This document shows, piece after piece, positions 25,556 through 38,665 of a DNA stretch of 62,000 nucleotides (within the stretch, counting starts at the first letter, position 1; every line of letters starts with the position of its first letter). Under the pieces are notes generated by a model. It saw only the letters and a list, made by a program, of their open reading frames with translations. It was not told where the DNA came from and did not search any database. Position numbers and translations under genes: made by a program. Source of the stretch: Callorhinchus milii (taxonomy: Eukaryota). The stretch is from assembly GCF_018977255.1 (NCBI RefSeq), contig NW_024704742.1, forward strand, positions 992,001-1,054,000, in the 5' to 3' direction.

Positions 25556-25812
25556 TGGTCAGCCAGTTATCTGACACACACGGAAACCTATCACCATTGG
25601 TTAAGAGTATCCAAACCAAGCTGAGATTTCCATGCAACCCACCTACACATGTGGAAATCCCAGAGATAGATTATTGGAATGGAATATGCACTCTCTCCCT
25701 GCTTACCTAATTCCAGAAAGTATTAAGCGCAGGTTGGGAAGAGCCAAGGCTTGGGGGGACCCCAGAGTGTGCGTTGGGCTAACTGCTGGAGTCTTACCAG
25801 CTAAAACCACAT
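25556..25812 (+). repeat. Unclassified repeat family U, near-complete copy
   Basis: Colinear with 1867-2116 (CCCACCTACACATG, AAAGTATTA.GCGCAGGTTGG, AACTGCTGGAGTCT.ACCAGCTAAAAC). Confidence 0.85.
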
Positions 25813-26572
25813 AGCTAGTATGTAATGAACAGCTCGTTGCTATTCACATTGGACGCGCTGTCAGTACAGCTGCAAAGTGTTGAATGGTGCGAATGTTACA
25901 TTGAGAATACAGTACATTCTGGTCTTGTACTTCTTGCACCCTTTGCTGGCTGTGAACTAGGAGTGAAGCGTTTAACGCCGTTGGCTCAATGTCATGACAT
26001 GTGTGGTCTCAGAGTTATCGGGTATTTAATCAGGCTCTGTCCAGCTGGATGCTGATTTATTAGCATCCGGCAAGCAACAGTGGGGGAGAGAAGAGAAGCA
26101 GGAGCAATCCAAATTTGAAATGGGGCGAGAGGGATTGAAGGGAAAATCCATACGTTGTGATGCAAGAGAGTCCGAGGTAATAGAACCGGATACAAAATAA
26201 GCACTTAATAGTGCCTGTTACTATAAAGCCCGATGCAAACAAATAAACATCTCCAAGCCCTTTACAAAATATAAATAACTGCAACATTTGTTGAAAAGGT
26301 GCACTTCAATGCAAGAGGCTTGCAATGTATCACGTGAAAAAATTTCATACCACTCTGGAATATGGGAGCATCCGTTTTCTAATTAGACTTTCCTCCTTTG
26401 AGATGTAAATGCATTTTTGAATGCAAAGCTGTGTGTAATGAAAGTACCAAGTAAAGAAGTGGCCTTTCTGTGAATTTTATCCTATGGTATATATCACATT
26501 GAGCCTAACACATGGAAAAATGTGACGATTCATAACACATTTGATAATTGTCTCATCTCTTCTGAAATATTA

Positions 26573-26898
26573 CATTATTATTAATAATCATAATCCCTGC
26601 ATTTGGTATAGCCCCTTATCACGTCTTCGAGACGTCCCAAAGCGCTGGTATATTTTGTGGGCAAACCGTGGCAGCCAATTGCTCCACTGATAATACTCAC
26701 CTGATAATAATCCCTCAAGAAAAAAATAATAATAAATTGGTCACGCAATCCACGACTGTTTGTGGGACGCTGCTGTGTGCCATTGGCTGCCGCGTTTCGT
26801 CCACAAAATATACAGTCAATTCATTTTACAGTATATTCTGTGAAGCGCTTTGAAGATGTGATAAGCCACTGTATCAAATGCAAGGATTATTATTATTT
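26573..26898. mobile_element. Two family A SINE 3' halves in opposite orientation (fold-back)
   Basis: A minus-strand tail at 26573-26690 abuts a plus-strand tail at 26703-26898. Confidence 0.85.
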
Positions 26899-27417
26899 CA
26901 TTGTAGAACTTTAAAGTTACAAACAAGTGTGTTCCTACACTGCAATATATTATATTATACCGAGTGCATTAACCCAGTGCATTAAAAGTGCAGTAAGTGT
27001 GTTAAATATAAGTGTATTAAATGTTGTGAATTAAACATAGTGCATTAAAGTTACAAAACAGCACATTCATTTACTACAACGTTAAATTTACAATTTAAGT
27101 CAGTCTTGGACCACACAACTGAACATAACGACAGACAAATAGAAGACAGAAATCAAACAACCATAAATTTCAGAAGGCATTCGCAGACCAACAAACATTT
27201 GGAAGACTATTTTTGAAAAGTGAACAGTAGAAGCAAATTGCATTTGCATGGATGCATTTGCAAACCAGAAGTTGTAATCTAGCATTCTGCGTTTGGGTCT
27301 TTCTCTGCTAAGGTCAAGTCCAATATAAAATCAAAAAGCAAAACACTGCCTTTGCCAGTGGTTGGGAATCACCATTTTTATTTCAGCAAATCTGGTAGTA
27401 AATTGCCCAATTTAACA

Positions 27418-27535
27418 TTATAATAATAATTATAATCATTTCACTTGATATAGCGTGTTTACCACGTGGTGAGACGTCTCAAAGCGCTTCGCAGATTATT
27501 CTGTAAAGTCAATTGACTGTGTACCTTGTGGGCAA
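27418..27535 (-). mobile_element. SINE family A tail
   Basis: TGATATAGCG...GAGACGTCTCAAAGCGCTTC...GTAAAGTCAATTGACTGT. Confidence 0.8.
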
Positions 27536-27984
27536 ATGAGTGCAGAAACACAAATAGAACGAGTGCAGCAAATGCCACATTTTATGCCCTTATCTACTCG
27601 GATAACGCACTGTTCCAGAGAGAGAGTGAGAGAGAGAGAGAGAGAGAACTCATAAAAGTATTTGTAATTCGTAAACCAAATCTGATCTCTGTCTGGCCTG
27701 CAGAGAAGTTGTAGGTCGTGGTTAGAAAGGTCTTTGCAGGTTTCATTATCAGTTTTTAGTCAGTTCTTCATCCTTCCCGTAATCCCGCTCCTTTTCAGTA
27801 GCAATCAAGCACGGTCAAAAAGAGACGGTAAAACATTGGATACAGCCAAAAGGACAATAAAACTGTGAATCAACAACACCACCACCCCCCCCCCCCCCCC
27901 ACTCCCTCTCGTCCCACTTGCTGTCACGTGTTGGGACCTCCCCCACCCACCCACACACACACACTGCTCCGTTTCTATGCTTAA

Positions 27985-28260
27985 TTTCTTAAGCAAATAA
28001 AAGTTATAGAGAAATTCACAGCGGGCTCTGCTCCTTGCCTGCGTGCATCCCTGCCCCAGAGTGGCCCCACGCCCTTTGATATGAAAGGCTCCCAAAAAAA
28101 GTCTGAAGCCCTGTGTCAAGTCACCTGCTGAGAGCGACACAAACCGTGGAGCTGACATTCCCTGTCTCCGGAGGCCACGGATTAGCCTAACATCTGGAAT
28201 GGGCACGCCAGGTTTAACAATTCACATCAGCTCTAAAACTCATTTAGATCGATGCCCAGG
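27985..28260. promoter_or_regulatory. Candidate enhancer or conserved non-coding element
   Basis: Repeat-free and relatively GC/CpG-rich. Contains CCTTTGAT (TCF/LEF), CACCTG (E-box), TGACA and GGATTA. Motif-level evidence only. Confidence 0.25.
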
Positions 28261-28439
28261 CTCCCGCTTGCATCTTGATGGCAGCTGAGATCTGAAAGCG
28301 ACGCTAAGAATCTAACCCACTCGTCCTGATCTTTGAAAGGAGCTTGTTTTCCTTTTCGCTAACCCTCCCATTCCCTGCTCTTGCCTGTAGCTGGCGACTC
28401 CTGTTAGAGTCCAGTTCCTAATCCAAGTGTGTCATCTTT

Positions 28440-28560
28440 CATACGTTACACGCCCAGATATTGAGGGCTGGCAGGCTGTTCAACCATGGCAGGGGGATAT
28501 CAGAGCCGAGCCTGACCCTTACTCACTAGACATACTTTCCAGCAAGGTAGTCTTCTGGGT
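28440..28560 (-). mobile_element. Family C SINE-like 3' fragment
   Basis: The reverse complement GGGTCAGGCTCGGCTCTGATA...GGTTGAACAGCCTGCCAG resembles 6025-6070. Confidence 0.5.
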
Positions 28561-28849
28561 CAGCTGAGTGTCTGATACATGCGGAAACCCATTGCCACGA
28601 TTAAGAATAGGTTGGCCGTGTTGTCATCAGTGGCCTGGCCAAGCCCAAGGCCACTACGGAGGGTTCCCTCGAGTTTGACGTTCCGTTGCCAAGCACGTCA
28701 ACTTGGAGCCAAGCTCACCTGGTGGCGAGTGGTGTCTGTGTTTAATGTTTTATTCTTGTCATAATGACTTATGAGCTTTTCCTTACTAGTTGATCCCCAC
28801 TTAACAGATAGCACTAAGCTGATGCTTTAGTGCAGGGATGGGGAGCTGT

Positions 28850-29100
28850 GCTTCAGGTGAGACATTAGCCCCGTCTGCTATTGAGGTGGACACTGAACAT
28901 CCCATGACTCTACTCGAAAAGAGAAGGGAGTTTCTCTGGGTGCCCTGGCCAACATTGCCTGGATGAAATTGATCATTCACTTCATGGCTGTTCATGGGAA
29001 ATTGCTGCGTGCAAATTGGGTGCCATCTTCACCGAGAAAACCGGTGAAGGGCTTCGAAAGGTCGTCCCAACATGAAAGGTGCTTTATCAATGCAAGGAAT
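28850..29100 (+). mobile_element. Deu-domain SINE (family B), 5'-truncated
   Basis: GAGGTGGACACTGAACATCCCATG...GAGAAGGGAGTTTCTC...CCTGGCCAACA plus the L2-type tail. Confidence 0.8.
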
Positions 29101-29214
29101 ATAAATGTCCAGTTTATTCCTACTGGATTTCTTCTTGGAGCACCACAATCCTCAATTACTGAATACTGAATCCCAAGTGGTGAAATCATCTTAGAAAGAG
29201 AAAGTTATATTAAA

Positions 29215-29470
29215 GTTCAAGCACCCTTTTGCAGAGAGAAGGTTAGGAGAAGTTATTTTGCACAGATAATTACTGCGATACGGAATGCTTTATCACAAAT
29301 ACTGGTTGGTGCACAATCCATAATGGCTTTTAAAAGGGAACTAGGCAAACAACTGAAAGGAAATACTGTATATAAAAGATTATGTTGTAAAGGTGGGGAA
29401 GTGGGACTAAACAGATAGCTCTTACAGTCGGCCCAGAAACAATGTGCTGAACATTTCTATCATTCTTTGA
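29215..29470 (+). mobile_element. CR1 3' fragment
   Basis: REKVRRSYFAQ...RNAL...SIMAFKRELGK remnant and GGGGAAGTGGGACTAA 3' UTR. Confidence 0.65.
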
Positions 29471-30149
29471 GGCTACGAAAAGACTCATCGCGACTTACAT
29501 ATGTACATCTGACTAACCCTGATAGACCTGCATTAGTGGTAGAATTTGTGCTGCATTAATCACTGGCATTAGTCATTGAGGTTAAAAAGGTCTGATCAGG
29601 AGAAACAGCAGCGTAAAAGTAACCATATGCTGGATAAAGAGCCTTAGAATTTAAAGTGTGCTCTGCAGGAAACACCATTTATGTCATGTCAACCCACAAG
29701 AACTTGGTTTGGATTAGATTTTGGTCACAGCAGAATGCTCGCTTTTCCGGTGTGATATCCTGTTTATTGCTGCTGTTTTACCGTCAGGTGCAGTTTACAC
29801 ATCACTGTGAGCTCCGTGCTATGAGGTGGTACTTTCTAATGACTTCACAGGGCTACTGGCTGCCACTAGAGCATTGCTGACTTGAGCGTCCCCCTGGCTT
29901 GACCTCCGAGGTACGACACTGGTGATGGTGGGTGAGCATCGACAGATGGGCATCTACAGTGAGCGGTTTTCGGATCTTTCACAATGAATCAGCAGGCGCA
30001 CTCAAACCATCGACACGAATGAGCAGAAAGTTGAACTAGGCGGTGGTGCAGCGAGTGAGAATTCTGTCTCCATCTCAGGCTTTGAACTCCAGCTTGGACT
30101 GATGATTGAAAAGTCTCACTTTAAATTTTTTTAAAAACTTTTTTGCCAT

Positions 30150-30327
30150 AAGTGAATGAAACACGACTGTTTGTAAGGACGCCGCCTCGCACAATTGGCT
30201 GCCGGATTTTCGCCCACAAAATGCACAGTCGATTGACTCTACAGTGTATTCTGTGAAGCGCTTTGGGAAGTCTCAACAAAGTGATAAGGCGCTGTACCAA
30301 GTACAAGGACTATTATTGATATTATTA
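30150..30327 (+). mobile_element. SINE family A 3' half
   Basis: CACGACTGTTTGT...CAATTGGCTGCC...GTGAAGCGCTTTGG...GATAAGGCGCTGTA. Confidence 0.85.
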
Positions 30328-31278
30328 CAGTCACTACACTTTACAGCAAATCCTAGAAAGGGCTTTGAGACGTGCTCCTGATGTGAAAGTCATCGTATAA
30401 AATGTTTTATTACCATCTCAAAATGCTGATAGATTGGAGTCAGCACAGAATAATGGCAACAGTGAGGCTCTTGAATCCCTCCATCATTATTGCCTGTAAC
30501 TGTTGTCCAAGATGGATAGATTCAGCCTTGACTGCATCTTGGAGTTTTAACTCCATGCTTCCTTTAAGACTGAATTACTATTGGCAATGAAAGTCACCAG
30601 TGCCCTCAAATGTCATATCACAGTTCCGCTCCCCTAAATATGTCCTTACATAAATTTTAGAGGCCATAGACAGGACAGATTCCCTGATACTGCTTAATTT
30701 AAGACCATCTTGTTCCAATATAAGGTGATTTAAGTGCACGCAGGTTTATGAGAGTTAGTGCTCCACATAGTTCTAACTCAATTTGTCTTTTAGCAGCATT
30801 TGACCAGCCCTCAACTACACTCGGAGTTCAAAGGGCAGTTAAACATTCCATGCTTTAGTGGCCATGTGTTATTCAGCATGGGCTCTGAAGACTCTTCAAT
30901 GAAGTGCAGCTTTTCAAGGAACTTCCATTGCCCGTGAAGTAAGAGTGTTGGTTAAACTTGCTCCAGGTGTCATAGACCAGTGGTGGCCAGCCATTTTTGG
31001 TCGGGGTAGGGGGGGTGGGGGCTATTGCCAAGACACCAGAAGAAACGTCCTCCCTGTTAATGCTGAACATGAGCAACAATCACTCTCAGGTTTTGCACGT
31101 AACAAATAACATAGTATTATTAGAGGACCCAGTTTATGAATTTATTGCGGTTTAGATTGCTAAGTCACTATGAAGAAATGTAAAATAAACTGAAACGATT
31201 GAGAAAGACCATGAAAATAACATGAATAGAATAAGTTCTGGCAGGATTTGAAGACTACTTCTCTTCCCTTTTCTATGA

Positions 31279-31398
31279 GGAGAAATTCCACCTGGGTTTA
31301 GATTTAGTCGATTTAATTAGTGTTTCAGAATGGAGCATTTTAGAACATTAGAGTTTCAGAATTGTTTTAAATATTCATATCCAGGTGGATTGTCTACC
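31279..31398. mobile_element. Internally deleted copy of palindromic MITE family P
   Basis: Inverted ends AAATTCCACCTGG...CCAGGTGGATT. The left arm resembles 39853-39920. Confidence 0.5.
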
Positions 31399-32532
31399 TT
31401 GAAGTGGTATAACAGCAGTATGGAGCCAGAAACAATCACAACATAGGACTATATCCAGAGCCAAAAAGAGCTATGATGGTACTTCTGACTAGAATTTCAA
31501 AGTAAATTAAAAAAGTTAAAAATTAATCCCATACCGCTCTGATCCACTCTCCCCAATTAAATTTTCATCAAGTAACTACACAGTTTAATTCTTCAGCAAA
31601 TAAGTATCTAATTACGTCTTGGCCATCTGTCTCCGTCGCTTCCTGGGTAGTCTATTCCAAATATTCACAAAGCTTTGCGTAGAATAAGAATAATCAAATC
31701 TGAGCTGTCTGTTCACCTTCCCACTGATAAGCCTCTTGAGTCTGAATCCTCTTGTTTGACATATTGGGGTTCAATTGATCTATACGCTTTGGGTTATTGG
31801 AGTTACAAGGGCAAATGTCTTAGAAATAGAACCCCGATGGTCGCTGAGAGCACACAACAGCCTTGGGAAAATTGTCCAACTGAGTCAGCAAGTTACATAT
31901 CTCTCATAGCTAACCACAAACTCCAGCTCAACTCAAGATCAGCAAAAAATGGTTAACTCTAACTTTACATTTCCAAAAGAAGCATAAGGAAACAATGCTG
32001 TATGATTTTCCTGCCAGGGGATGCTCTGCTCTTAAGGCTGAACCAAAGGGAAACTTCAAGTCACAGGATGTCGTTTAGTAAATATGTGAGTCAAAAGTAT
32101 ATGTGTTAGCCTACAGCCAAAAATGTAGTAAAGTGGAGAAATTTAGGCAGCAAATATACACATGACATCAATAAACATCAAATTGTTTTTTTTTTGTTCT
32201 GACTTAGGTAGTAGCATTGTTAATCAATGCTTTACCCCTTTAATTTGCCAGGAGTAAGGCAGAGGTCAATGTTAATGACCAATTTGTGTAACTTTACCTG
32301 TGACATAAACAAGGTATAAATATGGATAACCAAAGCGAGTGTTTATATGTACTGCGGACATCATAAGTCAAAGATAAGGTCAGTTGTGTTCAGCAAAATT
32401 TTGTGGGTCTCATTTCGGAAACAAATCTGATGGTGAAAAATAAAGGTTATTACTGCTGGCAGTAATATTCTTTTCTATTTTTCGAAGCCACTCAATTATA
32501 TCCCAAATGAGATTCCCCTTGAAGGAAAAAGG

Positions 32533-32592
32533 CAGAACACTGCAGATCCTGGAAATCTGAAATAAAAACAGAAGTCGCTGGGAACACGGCAT
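32533..32592. mobile_element. Penelope-like element terminal fragment
   Basis: ACTGCAGATCCTGGAAATCTGAAATAAAAACAGAA resembles, from memory, the abundant chondrichthyan Penelope-type end. The match is short. Confidence 0.45.
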
Positions 32593-33149
32593 ATGCAGAG
32601 GTGCCGTCCCATCAATATGAAAGCCAAACCTGCTGCGCATCCTCAGTGGCAGCAACCTACCTGAATCTGTTAACAGGGGAACAGATCTGATCGCTCCATG
32701 TCAACCACTGGAAAATAATCCCATATTGTCAGCTTTTCATTTTCTAGGTATCCCTGGAGGCCATGAACAGCTCAGGTTCCTCAGAGATAAGATTGAATTT
32801 AAAGCCGCGCAGTTCTAACACAATTTGTCTTTTAGCTGTGTTTGACGAACACGTTCAGAAAGGTCACAGTATAGTTGAGCTTGACGCTAACCCAATGCAG
32901 CTGCTGCTGAGCGGTCTGCTAAGAAATTTTTGTGAAGCTCCTTTCTCCTGGTAAAATCAGCAGTCGCTTGTCAGTTCTATGATCTTTACGACAATAACTT
33001 ACATTTATATAGCGCCTTGCTCAATAGCCCTTCACTAAATGAAGTGAATGTTGTTTTTGAACTTGCCATCCGAAGAACATGGAATCAGAGTGCTGGTTAG
33101 TGGGATACCAGTTTAGCTCTCTAACTTGCTCCATCGGCTAGTATTCACT

Positions 33150-33500
33150 TATCTTCATCTACAAATCCCTTCACGCCCTGGCACCTCCCTACCTTTCTGA
33201 CCTGCTTTCTCCCCACTCCACTTACCCGCTGCCTTCGCTCGGCTGGCTCTGGCCTCCTGCCCATCCCTCGTCCCCTTTGCTCCACCATTAGCAGCCGCAT
33301 TTTCAGTCACTTATTGCCCCCAAAACTTTGGAACGCTCTCCCTCAATCTTCCATCTTCCTTCGTCAAGACCTTCCTCTTTGACCATGCTTAGGCTCACTC
33401 CTCCTACCTCCCCTGGCTCGGAGTCAGGTTCCACCTCTGTTAAGTGCTCCAGGACGCTGACTTGCATGAAGAGCGCTATATAAAGGTAAATTGTTGTTGT
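33150..33500 (+). mobile_element. L2 LINE 3' end
   Basis: FIYKSLHALAPPYLSDLL...PKLWNALP remnant, with the tail ending GCGCTATATAAAG...(TTG)n. Confidence 0.9.
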
Positions 33501-33894
33501 CTGTGCTGGAGCTTAGCTAGACTTATCTCTGTCCAGCGAGTCCAATGGTGCTGCTGTTAGTAACAGGTCCAACCATTTATCTGTGCGGGTGTGTATAGGG
33601 GGTGGGGAGGAAGTCACACATCCAACCTGGCTTTAGTTATGAACTTCCTTCCCTATTTCCTGGCTTCATTCACTGCATTTACTAACAATGTGATAATTCG
33701 TCACCCTTGATAATTAACACAGCACAAGTCGCAACTTGGACCCTTGTCGAGGAAAGGTTGCTCAGGCACAGAGTCACGAAGATTGCTCAGTCCACTCTCT
33801 GATAGCAGACAATACGTGGCTTGAAACGCCATTGACTTTGCAAAGTGGTCCTTATTGTCCTGAGTAGGGAAAATAACCACAAATAAATTGTCCA

Positions 33895-34000
33895 GGAAAT
33901 ACAGTCAATTCACTTTACAGTATATTCTGTGAAGCGCTTTGAGACGTCTCAACAACGCCACAAGGCGCTATATCAAATGCCAGGATTATTATTCTTATTT
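33895..34000 (+). mobile_element. SINE family A tail
   Basis: ACAGTCAATTCACTTTACAGTATATTCTGTGAAGCGCTTTGAGACGTCTC...GGCGCTATATCAAATGC. Confidence 0.88.
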
Positions 34001-35914
34001 ATTCTTTTTATTAAAGCTTTGTAAAATATCTCCCTGTTTCTGAAGATCATCAAACGCAAACTCGAGGAAAACCAATCTAATATTCACCAACTTTGCACTC
34101 CCATGGGGCTTTGGGCTGCGGTATTCTGTGCGGTATTTAATCATCCAAATCCAGATAGCTTCAGTGGTCAATCAGTCTTAGCGGGGAAGCAGGTTTCCTG
34201 CGGTTCTGAGAAAGAAGTGGGTCTTGGAGTCTAACGAAAGGTTTTGCAACTTGTGTTGAAGTTTTGGATGCCCCATTGGGTCCATTCAATAGCACTTTAT
34301 AACCATAAGTGGCAGGTGAAAATATTCTGGGGGTCGGGTGTGGGGGGGAGGGGATGGGGTGCGCTGAGTAAAACTCAGTTAAAGGGTCAGTCCTGAAGAC
34401 AGGTGAGCTGTTGGCTTGATCGACAGGGCCATCGGCTAATCAGAGATGAGGATGCCCCAACGAGCAGTTCACTGGACCAGAAGTGGGCAGGAGGTGAAGT
34501 GTAGATAGATATGAAGGGTCCAGATCCCCCTTTTAGTCCTAGCCACCGGCCACATATGTTTACAGGGCATCAACTCAACTCCTTAAAAAATATCCTGTGA
34601 AGCAGCAACTGAAATATTGCTCCGTGCTAAGCAGGAACCCAAGTGACATTTACAGCTAGCTTTGGGCAATACCATATTAAGAAGTCGCAGGGGCCATTTC
34701 GAATCACATGTTAACCTCGTCCCATTTTAAACTTGTTTCTTAATGACGGAATGGAATGTGCTGCGGGTAATTTAGATCCCATATTGAACAATTAATCAGA
34801 ATTCTCTCAACCGGAATGATGGTGTCCTTATTCATATCCTGTCCTACAACCAACTGCGAGAAAATAACATTTAACTATGTGACTGTTTTATTTTACGTAA
34901 GTGTCATGCCGTCTCTAATAAACATCAGACTCTGAATTTGGCAATGGTTCATATTGCAAGGGACGTAAAGTGCATTTATGGCTGGCTGGATTTACTCTGA
35001 ACTTTATTAGCTGGAGTAGTATTTGCCCGAGTCTATATTAAGAGCACACACACCTTGCATTCATAAATCTGATAGAACATTATTATATTCTTGGCAAAAG
35101 CTCTTGAGATAGAATGCAAGGGGAGGGTGGTTTAGTGCGGACTGATCTTCACGACAGCTGCAAGAATTCACTTCTTAAAACAAACTAAAGTGTTTCACTT
35201 TGAACCCACATCATTTATCTGTTCCTGTCATTGCGTCATGCCGCGGGAAGCATAAACACAACTGTACATGTTGTCCGATTGACTTTGGGAGGAAATTAGC
35301 GTTTAGAACAGGTGTGGACGACTTTGGTTTAAGTGACAGATCAATCCATAAGTCGGTGACCCAATGGCACCTGAGACATCTGTCCTGACATTGATCAAGT
35401 CACTTGTGACAAGGTGGTACCATTTTCTGTGGTGACACAAGTTACGGCATTAACAAGGTGGAAAGTTCTCAATTCAAAGTAATGGGGAAGGACAGAACCA
35501 GACAAGTTGCTTTGAAGAACAGGGGATAAGTCAAACATTTTCTTATTACAGTTGGTGTCAGAGATTTGTAAGATAGGTTACTTTCGGTCAGTCATAAGTA
35601 TCTCCTGTAGCACTAACTATTGCAAATAGTTTTTATATTTCAATTTTTTAAAAAAAACTTTATTCAGTAAGTTATAAATAGTGCAGTCTGTGAACAACCA
35701 GCACAAAGAAAGCAGTATGCAAGAGTTCCTTCAATACTTTCGTTGGTTTCCAAACACTTGAAGTGTGATCAGTGATACAAGTGCCTGAGAAGCTTCGGAA
35801 ACTAAAGGCACATTTTAATTCCTGTTGATTAAATGTGGTTTAAAAAAAAACCTAAAACAGTAAAACTGAAGCCGTCTCACAAGAAATATTCATAGAGACG
35901 TAACACTTCTCCGA

Positions 35915-36290
35915 ATCAATGCCTAATAGAGGTGTTTAAAATTATGAAAGGGTTCCATGAAATTAGCATAGATAGGCTGTTTGCACTGTTGGGGGAATCC
36001 ATAACCAGAGGACACAAGTGTAAGATAATGATGAGGGTATCTGAAAGAGAATTTAGGAGGAACCACTTCACACAGAGTAGAGTCAGATTGTGAAACTCAC
36101 TGCCTGAAGTGGTGGTGGTTGAAACAGATAATATAGACTCATTCAAGAGGAAGCTAGACTTTCACATGAGGGAGAGGGGTATAGAAGGGTAGGAGAGGGA
36201 GTAAGGAGTGGGTGGAGATGCGTGTGGTTGGCTGGTTGGGCCGAGTGGCCTGTTTCTGTGCTGTACATCCTATGTAAATCTTTGTAACAC
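35915..36290 (+). mobile_element. CR1 3' fragment
   Basis: LIEVFKIMKGFHEISIDRLFALLGESITRGHKCKI...FRRNHFTQ, and the terminus GGGCCGAGTGGCCTGTTTCTGTGCTGTA. Confidence 0.9.
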
Positions 36291-36469
36291 TTCTTGGATT
36301 CACCCCGACCGACCATTCTATGAATTGAATCTGCTTGAAACCCACCTTGGACTAAGGCGATGGCCCTATTATAGTAATAATGAGGGTAATGACAAGAGGC
36401 TTTTTCAATGGAACCCATCACACACTCCATCTAGTGAATATCGTCATGCAGAAAAACTTTCTGAAATGT

Positions 36470-36560
36470 CGGCCTGGCTCAGTTGATAGTAGTCTCACCC
36501 TGAGTCAAAGGGTTGTGCGTTCAAGCCCCATATCAGTGCTTGGAACTCATATAGTTTATA
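36470..36560 (+). mobile_element. Family B SINE tRNA-like head fragment
   Basis: GGCCTGGCTCAGTTGATAG...CTGAGTCAAAGGGTTGTGCGTTCAAGCCCCA. Confidence 0.7.
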
Positions 36561-36971
36561 TGGGTCTGAGATCAGCAAAGACTATCACACCGCAATATGG
36601 CTCAGTAGCAGGCCAGGCAGTGTGTTTTATCTGCTCAGCCTCGGGAAGCAAATGGTCGGTTTTATAACTAAGGAAACTGAGGGGATGACTGAACCTGCCC
36701 ACAAGAAACATCTATCCTTACAATGGAGGCAACATATAACCATTACAATATACAGTCATGGGGATTAGTAATAATCACATTAATAACAAAGTGGTTTGTC
36801 ATTTCCTTCTGTTACATACTGTTTTTGTTAATTAAGGCTAAGAATGCTGTTATTTCATGTGGCATATTAACTCCTTCTGCTCTGAGGGGAGCTGGCCTGT
36901 CCGGGCATAAATGGGTCCAAGGATTCCTGATGAGGTTTACTGGTAAAACAATGCTAGATTACGGTTAAACT

Positions 36972-37072
36972 AATAATAATAATCATAATCCTTGCGTTTG
37001 TTATAGCGCCTTATCACGTCATGGAGACGTCTCAAAGCGCTGCACAGAATATACTATACAGTGGATTGACTC
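36972..37072 (-). mobile_element. SINE family A tail
   Basis: (AAT)n-CCTTGCGTTTGTTATAGCGCCTTATCACGTC...GAGACGTCTCAAAGCGC. Confidence 0.85.
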
Positions 37073-38559
37073 TTTATTATCAGGAGTTGCTAATAGTGAG
37101 TCAAGTTGCAAATAGCGATGCCTGATGACAGCTGCAAGTGCACTTGTCAGATACTGGGAACTCCCTTCCCACATTATCTACTTCTGGGAGGGGAGCTGCC
37201 GCTGGTGGGTACGATACACTTCTGGATCCCGACAGACAGAAGCCATTTGGGACTCTAAATTGCTATTAGCAAATCCAAGGTAGGTAGTGAATGCCATGTT
37301 TTCACCACTGGAATTGTTTTTTGGGGGGGATTCACGCAATACAGTTCAGATTTCTTTAAGAAACAAATTCCTGCGGGTGTCGGTTCAAAATTCCGCACGA
37401 TGCAAAAAAGCCGATATCTTGAATTTGGAAAAGTAACAGCTCAGTAGTACATCGCGATAACTTATGGGAACTCCGCTCCTCACAATATATTTTCAGAGTG
37501 GAGTCGGTGTGATGTATTTCGGATCTATATTGCACACCAGCACTTCCGGTCACCATAAGAAGATAAGAATTTGCTAGCGAAGGAAGACCAAGTTCCATCT
37601 TGTTCGCCTTCCACCATCTTGGCAGTCGCTTGACATGTTGTGTCCCAAACTATATACTGTACCCTGTATCCCGAGATATTATTTTCTGGTAGAAATCTAT
37701 CTAATTTGTTCTTGAAACAGTCCCCTTTCCCTAATTAAGGAATCTCTCCTGGCACTTTAGGCCTCAGTATTGCAAGAAATCAATGAAAGATGAGCGATCG
37801 TGGATATATTCGGATGTTATATGTAAGTGAAAGTCAAATGCCTTCAGAACATTAATCCACACAGTGCATCAGCATTGCACTGCAACCAATGTGCAGTCAA
37901 TGGGTTTAAGTGGATGTGGAGGTTGGGTGATACAATCTGATTGGGTTATGACCGCTTCATGCCACAGTCCAGGTGCTGATGGTGGAGATCCGAGTCACGA
38001 CATCGTTCTGAGATTCAGAGATTCCAACTCTGACAACATTGCTAAATGTTAGTGACCTCAGACCAATCTGAAGAATGAAGCTCGTGATTGAATTTGGACA
38101 CAAATTCCTTCCCCCAAACCCCCCAACACCACCACCCCTCCCACTCCCCCCACCAGATCGTAACTTATTCCCATGTGTTCGTGGTCGTGCTGCAAATAGT
38201 GTTCTGATATTCACTACCTTCACAATATGTGGGCGTGGAAGCTGAATTTGTGTAGAATTATATAATGTGCAAACTGCAGCAGCTAAACAGGACACTTGGC
38301 CCAACGAGCCCATTCCAGTGTTTATACACATGAACATAATCCCCTCTCCTATGTTCCTCTACTCCCCTCTCTCACATGTAAGCACGAGTTGACTCTTAAG
38401 TGCATTGATGTTTCCTGCTTCAACCGTGGCTTCTGGCAGTGTTTAATAAAAGCTTCTTTAATATTTGCCAAAGAGATTTGAACTGCTTGGTGTTGCAAAG
38501 GGATTGGATCAACACGACGGGCTTGTTTTGGCTTATGTCTGCTTTTCTGTTTACACCCA

Positions 38560-38665
38560 CATAACACACAGTCACTCCACTTTACAGTATATCCCATGAA
38601 GCGCTTTGAGACATCTCGACAATGTGATAAGTCGCTATATCAAATGCAAGCATTATTATATTATG
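38560..38665 (+). mobile_element. SINE family A tail
   Basis: CACTTTACAGTATAT...GAAGCGCTTTGAGACATCTC...CGCTATATCAAATGCAAG. Confidence 0.85.

Noticed and set aside
26960..27070. Repeated AGTGCATTAA motifs
   Set aside because: Irregular low-complexity decay with no defined unit or function.
32200..32235. TTAGGTAGTAGCATTGTT resembles let-7 or miR-196
   Set aside because: It has multiple mismatches to both mature sequences and I see no complementary star arm.
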